Part shown: positions 25,599-35,620 of the stretch, one piece after another
Position numbering within the stretch: the stretch's first letter is position 1
Layout: each line of letters opens with the position of its first letter
The notes under the pieces: model-generated
Seen by the model: the letters and a program-made list of their open reading frames with translations, nothing else
Databases searched by the model: none
Told to the model about the DNA's origin: nothing
Translations under genes and position numbers: made by a program
Assembly (NCBI RefSeq): GCF_036321535.1
Contig: NC_087438.1
Span: 12,464,001 to 12,528,000, forward strand
Reading direction: 5' to 3'
From: Camelus dromedarius
Taxonomy: Eukaryota
Length of the DNA: 64,000 nt

Positions 25599-25807
25599 CA
25601 GGATTCTCAACCTCCTCATATTGACATGTTGGGATGGGTAATTGCCCATTGTGGGGCTGTTCTGCATGTAGGATGTTTAACAGCAAACCTGATCTTTACC
25701 CATGAGATGCCAGAGCACTTCTCCGCCTTATACTTCCTTCCCCCAAAGCCTCCAGATACTCCCACAGTCCTCTGGGGAGCAGAAGAGCCCCTGCTTGAGA
25801 CCGACTG
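25599..25807 (-). mobile_element. MER20 hAT-Charlie element
   Basis: caggattctcaacctc..catattgacat.ttggg..gggtaatt...tgtggggctgt..tgcatgtaggatgtttaacagca..cctg...cttgagaccgactg. Confidence 0.8.
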
Positions 25808-27612
25808 ATTGAAACAAAGGAAGCCCTTTCACTGGGCTATGTGAAGGGTGAGGTTGTAATAATGGTGCTGGGGGCAGGGGATAGAAAGGGAGAAGGATGC
25901 GATACATATACAGATTTCAATATTTTCCTTGGATTAAAAATGATTAATATTCTTAAGAAAGAAAAGCTGTCTACTTTTCTACGTAATATTGGCTGTTTGG
26001 TCTTTCGCTTGTGATTCGTAGAAGAGATCTTGTGATCAAATTACAGCAGTTCAGTCCTCCACCCAATACTTAGCCGTTGAGCTGAACTGATCAAATCCCC
26101 TACATGGGTGTCCAAGGGCTCGCGTTAATTCAGTGGCCTTGAACGGGAGCCAGTCAAAAAGATGTCAAGCAGAGGTGGCTGGAGTGACACGGGGTGACAC
26201 TACTGTCACTGTGCTTTTTGCTTCATTCATGTTGGTCTACATGTTTTACTTGGGACCTGAATTCCCTTTTTACTGTTTAGGAGGAAAGGATGGGGAACTG
26301 AGGAAAATGCTAAACCTTGGTGGGTGATATGAGAGGTACCAAGAGGGGAGTTATGGGTGAGGTTTGGAGGTGAGATGAGATGAGGTCGATGTAATCATCT
26401 ATTGTACGCGTCTCAACTGACCATAGATACGATTTGAAAAGCTAAGCACATGTTGAAGTTGTCATAAACCTACTAATTTAGGTGCCAATGAGTCCATGAC
26501 GTTGCAAGCAATTCTATGGCAAATCCTTTAGCAAAAATCAGTCATCACTGAATCATTTATCTTTTTGATGAATATTTTCATAATGCAGGTTATGCTTCAC
26601 TGAAGCAAAATGTGTAGGCAATTGAAGATGACAGTGGAATTCATTTTACAACCCAGGAAGTCTAGCTTTGTTTATTAAAGAATTATTCATTCCTTTTGGA
26701 GAGTAAAGCCATTTTTATTTTCATGACTGTAATGTTGAAAGGTAATTAAATTTGTCATAAATTGCACCTTTAACATAGACTCCCAAGTTCATTAGTCTGT
26801 AATCTAAACAGCTAGTGACATCCACAATAGTTAATATTAAAAATTTTCTAAACTCCAGAGCTTTAAATGCTTATTCATTAATTCCCTAAGTATGTGTTGA
26901 AAAAAAAAAAAACTTTCAAGAGCATGCAAATTAAAAATGAAGATGTTAGATGAACAATTAAAAATGAGACTAAAAACATCACCAAATTGGATTTTACATA
27001 GTAATGTGTTGAGATATAATATTTTGGGTACCATTTGATGTATAACTATAAATTCTGGAAAAGCTTCCATTCTTAGGATTAATAGCACTATGAGCCAGTT
27101 ACATCATTATGTCATTAAAGAATTCTTTTAAAAAATCTTTTAAATGAACAACTAAATCTGATGGAAGACAAAACTGAGGAGACCTGCAGTCTCATTGGTG
27201 TAAGCTTTTGCCTCCCATTTCTATGGCAACCTGTGATCCGTATTCCAATCACACCTTTAAAAGGCTTGCTTTCTCCATCATGAAAATTTAGCTGGAAGCA
27301 CTGAAAGTACCAAATTATAATTTTTATGTATTTTTTCAAAAATCAGAAAAAGAGAAGATAGAACTGAGATAACATCCAGAGATTTATCATGGAACCACAA
27401 TAGGAACATATGTTTACGAATTTTAAGATAAGTTTACATGCCTGGAAGATCACAGGGACAAAAACTGAATGCTAAATGAGATAGCTACACAGATAATCCA
27501 TAACAAGTACACTCAATAAATGCTTTGAGCATAAAATTGCTAATGCTTATTCAATTTAATAAGTTAAAGACTTAGACACTTGCTCACAACAATTAAACAA
27601 AAATTTAGAGCC

Positions 27613-27840
27613 CAATAGTTTTCAACCTGGAGTGATTTTTGCCTCCCAGGGCACATTTGGCAATGTCTGGAGACATTTTGGTTGTCACAACTGGTGATGG
27701 TGGTGATGGTCGTATGTGTTACTGGTAACTAGTGGACGGATGGAGGCCAATAATGATGCTGAACAGACTACAGTCCACTGGGCAGGTCCATCCCCCCGAC
27801 AACAGAAAATTATCTGCCCCAAACAGGAGGGTGAGAACTA
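27613..27840 (+). mobile_element. MER20 hAT-Charlie element
   Basis: gttttcaacctggagtgatttttgcctcccagggcacatttggcaatgtctggagacattttggttgtcacaactgg. Confidence 0.9.
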
Positions 27841-29279
27841 CATCTAGCTTCATGGAGGGTGTGCTGGAATGAGGGTCAATTAATACTGACCATATTAAAT
27901 TATTGAATATTTATGTTCAAATAAATTAAAAGCTTTAGAGGTAACCCTAGTTGTAATTTGCTTCCCTGTTCTTATGCCATGTTTCTCTTATACCATATTC
28001 TTTGTTCTTTCATTTCAATGGCAGAAAGACAAAAGAAGAAATGAAAAAGACAGCAAAATTCCTCTGCCCCTGGCTTTAACATGTGAACATTTCCAGCCTG
28101 CATTGCCTTTGTCTAATTTGGTGTGGTTCATATAAACTGTCAACACCTGTGCAGTCCAGGAGTCTGTTCCGCTGCAAAACCTCTAGCGTAGTATGGGGTC
28201 TTCACGGCCACCCGGATTCATTTAAAATAGTAATTAAATTCTGGTAAGTTTTTTCCTATTAATTGAAAATGGACTTACCTTTCCCCAGCTGAATGCAGAT
28301 GCAATTGCCTTTGGAGTCTGCCTCTCTAAATATGGTTACATTTTGTCACCCTGATTTTGGATAATATTCCTGCTCTCAAATCCACGCCCAGGTCAGGAGG
28401 GCAGAACCATCCTGGAGAACCAGCAGCTCCATCCTTTTTTTTTTTTTTTTTCTTTGCTGAGATGTAGGCGACCATGAAAGTAATCCAGACACAGCCAGAG
28501 GGCGCCCAAATGCCGCAAATGAGAGTTCCAAAGGTTCAGATGGGTTTTGCGGGAAGGTAAAATTGGCTTTTGTTTAGTGAAAGAGTTACCGTTGTAAGCG
28601 ATGTCATATTACGTTATTATTATCTTTGCATTTGCTTGCCAACGGATAAGCAAGGTGAGCATATCTGCCCACCCGGGTGGTTATTTCTTATCTCGGTATT
28701 AAACAAAGTCCCAGGCCCCCGGGACACCCTGACACACCGCAGTTGGCCACGGTTTTGATCTGTGCGTCTCTGAGCGGCACTGTGCGGGTTGCCTCGGCTA
28801 ACTCAGTCTTCCTGAGAGCTGGCTGCCATCAAAAACCGACGGTTCCTTTCCCAGGGCTCTTGTCTTCACTCCCTCCTCTCCCAAGTCCCGAGAGCACCCT
28901 CGCAGGGGCAACGCCGCTCGCCTGGACAGCTGGAACTTAGCGCCGCGCTCGCCCAAAGCCGCAGCTTTCGCGGCTCAGCCCAGCGAGTGCGGGAGCCGCC
29001 AGCCCAGCGCGCTTGGTCCCCCGGGGGCGCCGCCCAGACGCGTCTACCGTTGGAGGCCACCCTCAAACCCGCGGGCATCTGTCCTGACGGGTTGAGGGGA
29101 GCTAGCAGGTCACCCCCAACCTCACTGCCTGCCCGGGTATCGGAATCTCAGCCAGACGTCTCGAGCGGCCGGACTGGGATGCTGAGACAGGTAGCAGGTG
29201 GCAGGGGGCGTCATTCATCACCTCCAGGCAGCCCTCTGAGTGTGAGCGAGAGCCCGAGCACTTCTTTTCCAACCGTTCC

Positions 29280-29760
29280 AGAGAGGGAGAAAGGGAGAGA
29301 GAGAGGCAGAAAGAGAGAGAGAAAGTGCCTGTGGACAGCCCCGCCGCGCGGCGGGGGAGGGGAGACGACGAGGGCTGGGGGCAAGCTGCTGGAGAGGAAT
29401 GGAGGAGAGGTGGGGAGGGTGTGGGAAACAGGCATTCAAGGCTGATGTAGAGAGGCAGGAGGGGCACAGGGATGAAGGGAAGGGGAGAGCGAAAGGAGAG
29501 GACAATCCCTTTGGAGAAGGGGGTGGGGGGGGGACCCGGGATGGAGGGAAGGAGATGTAAGGAGAGAGAAGGGCTGGAGGGGATTGAACGGAGGCGGGCG
29601 GGGCACCAGGACTGCGGGGAGTTGAGGGGAGGCGGGCGGGGCACCGGGATGGAGGGGAGGGGAGGGGAGGGGAGGGAGGCGGGCGGGGTGAGCGAGAGGA
29701 GGGAGGCTGGGCGGACGGACGCGCCGGGGGAGGGCGCTGGGCAGGAAGGGGAGGGGGAGC
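29280..29760 (+). promoter_or_regulatory. BASP1: Purine-rich TATA-less proximal promoter: (GA)n tract, (GGAGG)n and three GGAGGCGGGCGGGG GC-box modules
   Basis: GC-box modules start at 29590, 29628 and 29675; (GGAGG)n at 29651-29679; GA repeats at 29280-29323. Confidence 0.8.
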
Positions 29761-29986
29761 GCGAGCGCGAGAAATGCAGAGGCTGCAGCGGCGGCGGCGG
29801 CGGCAGTAGCGGCAGCGGCGGCGGCGGCGGCGGCAGCGCTCCAACTCGCTCCTCGCTCCGGGCTCCGCCGTCGAGCCGGGGAGAGATCTTCTGCCAGCGG
29901 CCAGGCACCCGACCGGACGACACCAGCGACCCGGGCCCCTCGGCGGCACCGCGTTCACCCAGGGGCGGCACAGGCACCCAGAGCCG
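29760..29986 (+). other. BASP1: BASP1 exon 1 (non-coding 5'UTR exon); start approximate, 3' end at the donor
   Basis: Matches my recollection of the human BASP1 5'UTR (gcagcgctccaact.gctcctcgctccgggctccgccgtcgagccggg...ggcacccagagccg) and is followed by the donor GTAAGC at 29987. Confidence 0.9.
29789..29836 (+). repeat. Interrupted CGG repeat: (CGG)5 CAG TAG CGG CAG (CGG)6 CAG
   Basis: Directly visible at the 5' end of exon 1. Confidence 0.98.
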
Positions 29987-31389
29987 GTAAGCAGGCGCGC
30001 CCTGTCGCCCCGCTGCCGCGGCGGACCCGGGGTGCCGGCATCCCCGGGGCCTCCGTTCCCCTCCTGCACCCGCCCCACCCCCGAGGCCCTTTGTTCTCTC
30101 CCCTAGCTGCAGCCGGGGCTGAGGGGGAAATGGTGCAGGGCCCAATTAGACGGCGCCGGACACGGGATCCCCTCAGTGACTGCTCCGTCGCGCTACGGGG
30201 ATCTTGGGTGGTGGGGGCCCCGGAGGTGGGTGGATTCCGCCACTCGCGGGGTGGGGAGGATGGAGGGTTGGTGAGCCTGATAAATGGAGTTGAGGGGGTG
30301 AGTAGTGGGAGGGAAGCTTCTAGTTAAGGAGGAAATTGCCGCCTGTGAAACCCTTTAATCCATTGAGACCCGAAGAGACGGTTTTTTGAGGCTTAAGAGT
30401 TATCTGTCATCGGCACCATTCACAGCCGGGAAGAAAGCGCTTGGTGCGAGGGGCGCAGCAGCAAAAGATGGAGGGTGGGGGTGGGGTGGGGCGGGAGTTA
30501 GGGGGAGCAAGAATACGGGGACTGTGGTGTGATCGGAAGGAAGGAGGTGCTTTTTGGTTTAGCAAATGGGTTTCCTTGACCTGTGGGACGCCTGAATCTT
30601 GGCTTGGGGTGGCCAAGGAATGCGAGGTTCACACGACAACGTGCCTCCAAAGCACATTTGAGCAGATCAAAGCCCCAGCCTCGGACTTGGCTGAACTGCC
30701 TTCCCATTAACCGGTGGGCTACATCTGAGCATTTATTTTTTCGAGTCTTCGCCTTCAGAGAATGCGCTGGGCGCCTCTACCCGCGCGGCCCGGCGGGGAG
30801 GGTGTGAGCTTGAACCTGACAGCGCGCGGCCCCTAACGGCCCAGACCCGCTGTGAGCGAAGGTTTGGGGTTTAGCAGGTTTTGCCTGAAGTGCTAACACT
30901 GAAACCCGACGCTGGGTCCCTGTTGCCCCTCCCCGCCTTACCGTCCCCTCCCCCTCAAGAATAAAAATTGCAGAATCCCTGGATCCGAGCGCACACACAA
31001 TGCGTGGCTCCAAACCGCATTCTTTTCATGAATATTCATCGAACGCTTGGCTGGGCTCCTTATCTGCTTCCCCAGAGACATTTCCGCCTTGAAACGAACT
31101 CCGCGAACAGTCTTTGCCTGTGTAATTTTCACTCCGCTGAAATTAGTACAGCGCGCACGGGTGCATTTTTAGTACCTTAAACAGAATTGACGCCACACCT
31201 CGGTCTGCCGCGAGGCCACTAGCACATCTGTGATGGCGGGTTAAAATCGGACACTAGCATCGAGGTGGTCTTCCTGCTATAGCGGTGTGGATCAACCTCC
31301 CAGGGATTACCGGGGCTAAGAGATCCTCAGCACTGCGGGCAAAATGAATGAATCGGGACTGTAATTACCTATTCCTTTGTCTTGGCCTC

Positions 31390-31399
31390 GCGCATGCGC
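31390..31399. promoter_or_regulatory. NRF1 palindromic motif GCGCATGCGC
   Basis: Exact consensus at the downstream edge of the CpG island. Confidence 0.6.
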
Positions 31400-34300
31400 C
31401 TGAGAGCAGGGTGTGGAGGGCCCCGGCAGCCCCATCTGATCTCTGCATCACCCACCCACCCACTCCCTTACCAAAACCAGGAACAAAGGCGTTTACCCTA
31501 AATGTTGCGTGAAACCCTTGGACACAAATGACAAGTTTTTCCCTCCTGTGTGTATATTTCTTCCTTTCCAGCCTATCTAATCGTTTGCTTTCTTAGTGAT
31601 TTCAATTGATGAAAAATAAGATTAGCCTTGATGGTGAGGTCAAACCTGTGGATTAAATATTTTTTTGTAACCGAACACTGCTATTTTCTTTCTAATACTG
31701 TTCATTGTTCTTTTTCCTGCATCGTTTTGCACTGCAGTGATGGTGGCTCTCTTAATTTGCATCAATTAACCGTTTCTCTGACAGATTTTTGCTGTTGGCC
31801 ATTTGATTAAGGGATATTCGTCTTAAAATTGACAGTGGGTATCGCCCCTAGTGTCACCATTTGGGAAAAATGAAGACATTTTGGCATTTATGCGAACAAG
31901 ATGGCCTACAAAACCCAGAGCTGAGAAAATGGTTACCTTATCAGGATCCTAACTATGTCTGTTTTCTCTTGATTTCCTGATTGTTCTCCCTTGATTTTCC
32001 TCATTGTTTCATTAGGGATCCCAAAGACGAACCCCATGGAGTTGGAAATCCACTGATGGGGAGGAAGAAGTCAGCTGGGGCTGCTGGGGTGAAGATGATG
32101 GTTGATTAAGTTCTTAATTTTTTTTCAATGTCTACCAGAAACCATGATATATATACATATATACATACCTTTGGTGGTTGATGGATGATTTTCTTACCAA
32201 TGATGTATTATCCAAGGACCATGTATGGCCCTTAAGATTTCTTTTTGGGCTAGTTTGTTCTATCAACTGAAAGAAGACTTAACTGTACGAAATAGGAGCT
32301 AAATATTATATTTTCGCAATGGTACGTTATGCTTGAAAGAATTTTATGCTTAAGTATTCTCAGTGAATCCTGGTAAGACAACATGTGGCAGGAAAATGGA
32401 AATCATCTCTTTTGTCCCTTTTAATAAAAACTTGATATTGATCAAGTTTAATATAGCAGAGCCTTTACTTGGTAGGGTAGCTGCCTGGTACCCTCTCTAC
32501 TTCATAGTACTGAGTGGGTTTTTTTGTTTGTTTGTTTGTTTTTTATGGTTTAGGGGGCTAGATGTAGATTTTTCTTTTTCTTTTTAGGTTTTGTTTTTGA
32601 GGGAGGGATGAGTCGGCAGACAGACCATATGCAATAGCAAATATATAACAATATGCCCCCAATTCAATGAGTCTCAGGTTTTTGAGCAAGATAATTTTTC
32701 AATTGAATTCTAAATGATCATTTACCTTATTCTTTTATCCAGCTAGCTTTTTGGCAAGCTGTAGCAGGTGGAGAAAGGGGAAATTGGGCCTTGTGACAAA
32801 ATGCACCAACAATGACTGTATTATCAGTGGTGCCAGTGGCGGGCCTCTCCTTAACTGGTGCTCCTGCTTTCTTTGTGGGCAGAAGAGGGCCTTCCCTCCC
32901 CCCAGACCACCCCAGGTTGAACATCTAATTTGAACACCCTAATCTGAATGGAAGAGCCCTATGGGCTTCGGCTCCTTATCTTTGGAGGCGTCTTTATAAT
33001 CTTCCTGGATTTACTAGAAGATGTGATGTATTCTGTCTCTTTAGTTTTTGTCTTTTTTTTAAAAATTCACATTAAGAACAATCCCAAAGTATTGTTTTCC
33101 TTGGTCATAAGTGGAGTGTGAGAAACTTAGGTTTGGAGAGGATTTGCTCACTCTAAAATGGACGTCTGTAATACTTCACTGTGGGGAAAAAAAAAAGCAA
33201 AATCCAAACCCTTTTTTAAATCAGTTAAGGTGCCATATATATTTATACACACACATAATTTATACATATAGACTCATGCTATAAAATAAAATTTAATTAA
33301 TGATATGAAATGAAACTGATTGGTATAGACTATCATTTTATAGTGCTTCATAATAGTCTTTGGAAAATAATTAATTTTCTGTTTTTCTCAGTGTATATTG
33401 AAGGGAGAGCCTAGCTAGTCTACTAAGATGCTCACTTCTAAGTTTTACCAGTGTACCCCTGAAACAAATGGGTTGTACTGAGCATCTTAAATTAACATGT
33501 TCATTTACAGGCTTAAACATTCACATGAAGCACTACCGAACATGAAGAGCTGTAATAAACAATGCTTACTAAATAAAAGATTTATAAAGTTGCTCTGCCT
33601 TATTTTTCTGATCACTTGTAAAATTTTGTTTTGAAAAATATCCAGAAAAGGCCTACCAAGTATCATTTGTCAAAAGCAATTGCCTTTGGTGTCTGATTCT
33701 GTTAAAAGAAACGCTTTGATTTGCTTAGGTCTTTATCTTTCTAATATGTAGTTTTTACCTACTCATTTTTTTACCCTTTTTATCAAAAGATTAACATCTT
33801 CTTAATGACTGTTTTAGCTGGTAAACTGGAAACCAGGTAACTGAGGAAAAGCCAAACGTGTAGATGCGTTGAAGTTCTGGGGGAAATGGGTGTGGTATCT
33901 GTCTTTTTGTCACGTTTTCTCAACTCACCGAATCTTTTCCATTTATTCTGACTCGTAAAACTTTGGATAACACAGTGCAATGTGAATTTTACTCTTCAGC
34001 TTAATTATGGTGGATTAATAGCAGGAAATAACTGAGGTTGTGGACAGCCAGAATTTTTTTTAAAGAAAATAGTCTTGATCGGGAGGCTTCCTCGGGCTTA
34101 GTTGGTTTGAAAAATCTCTAGGTACTGGCTGGGCCACTTTGGGCAAATTACTTCAAACCTCTCTAAATTTCACTTTATAAAAATTGTTATTGTAAAATTG
34201 GAGTAATAATTCCTATTTTTAGGCTATCCGAAGGATGACATGTATGTCTGGAAAGTGTGTAAGGACAGTGGCTGGCTCTTAGGGGCCCCTTGCCCTCTCA

Positions 34301-34956
34301 GTCTGCATTATCAACACAGGCGGTGTGATTGACATCGATAACTAATTTCTCTATATTAAGCTGCAGTTTTCTTCCATGCTGATTAATCAAGACCTGAGGG
34401 TTTCCGTGTATTCAGTCAGAAATAGGATATTTCAAACCACATAGAGATACATATTTGAAATTCTGTGAGACAGAAATGTATGGGAATTTGCCCCAAAGTG
34501 GATTGAGTGAAGCCAGAATGGCCACCCTCATCAAATTTCCCATGGCTGCTTCTGGAACTCAAGAGACAGCATTTAAGTTCTTTTGAGAAAATATAGGAGT
34601 AGTCTTAAAACCACAGGCGCTCCCAGCCTGCCAAAGGAGGATTTTTGGTAAATGCCATTCCCTCCACTGCTATTAAGACAGACATCTAGGTAAGTGTCTT
34701 GTGAGGAAAAAAAAATGTCCAGTAAACCTTATCAAAAGTAAAAGATAATCACGTAGATAATCAGATTCTTACCAGGATAGAGTTAAAGTGCAATTTTGAA
34801 AAGATACAAGCAAGGTGATTAAAACAACATTCTCTTCTTCCCCCTGGAACTCAGAAGCCCGATGAGATGGGATGCAGAGAAAGTCTCATCACGTGTTTTC
34901 TTTATGCTTGCAAAGAATTTAAGTAACTTACAAAATCAGGCTTTCTAAAGGCAGCA

Positions 34957-34975
34957 GTTTTTTGTTTTTTTTTTT

Positions 34976-35004
<29 letters not shown>
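34957..35004. repeat. Long poly(T) tract with two G interruptions
   Basis: Directly visible. Confidence 0.95.
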
Positions 35005-35008
<4 letters not shown>

Positions 35009-35399
35009 AAAACAGGGAATGCAGGAATTGTGTGGACTAGCCAAGGCTGCCAGTGAGGGGAGGCTGTGATTGAGCATGCCTCGAAGTCTAGGAATAAATT
35101 CCTGAAAGCCTGAGAGATTTAGAAATAGAAGCCATCTGCAAACACAACAGGGACCCAGGTCATAAGGAAACATGTCAAGATGATATAAGAAAGTGGTGTT
35201 CAGTGGGGAAAGGCCCGGCGTTTACACATTTCCTTCTTATTGCTTAAACACTTTACGAACTTGTTTTTAAATTGATTTTTTTATTCTTTTGTTCATTTTG
35301 GATGAGGGAGGAAGGGCTGGTCTTCACTGGTTTGTTTCTTGAACTTTGCTTTGAAATATACGTTTCAGCTATGGTTTGTACACTGTAGGGCGTACGGTA

Positions 35400-35620
35400 T
35401 TTAGAAAGTGTGACTTGGAGGGCTGAGTGTGGAGCCAGGTTCACTAGGTTAAGAATCTTGTCTCAGCCATTGTCTAGCTGTGTGATCTTTGGTAAATTGC
35501 TTAGCTTCTCTGTGCCCCACTTCTCATCTATAAAATGGGGGGGGGTTTATAATGCAGTTATTATAGAGATTAAATGAAGTCATCACACACTTAGGACAAT
35601 GCCTTATACATATTTTCTGC
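35400..35620 (+). mobile_element. MIR SINE
   Basis: ctagctgtgtgatctttggtaaattgcttagcttctctgtgccccacttctcatctataaaatggg...gagattaaatga. Confidence 0.8.

Larger units (their letters stand above)
28700..31450. promoter_or_regulatory. BASP1: CpG island spanning the BASP1 promoter, exon 1 and start of intron 1
   Basis: Sharp rise in GC content and CpG density relative to CpG-depleted flanks; no recognisable transposons inside; GC boxes. Confidence 0.95.

Noticed and set aside
26850..27450. A-rich stretch resembling very old L1 ORF2 (also 22890-23220)
   Set aside because: Probably ancient L1M remnants, but too degenerate to delimit or support by eye
29102..30145. Long ORFs over the CpG island (347 aa and 286 aa minus strand; 172 aa and 152 aa plus strand)
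   Set aside because: Low-complexity Pro/Arg/Gly products that stay open because GC-rich DNA lacks stops; open in several frames and strands at once; no recognisable domain; some use non-ATG starts or cross the exon 1 donor
31841..31856. CTCF-like TGACACTAGGGGCGAT on the minus strand
   Set aside because: One G short of the core spacing and mismatched at the 5' C
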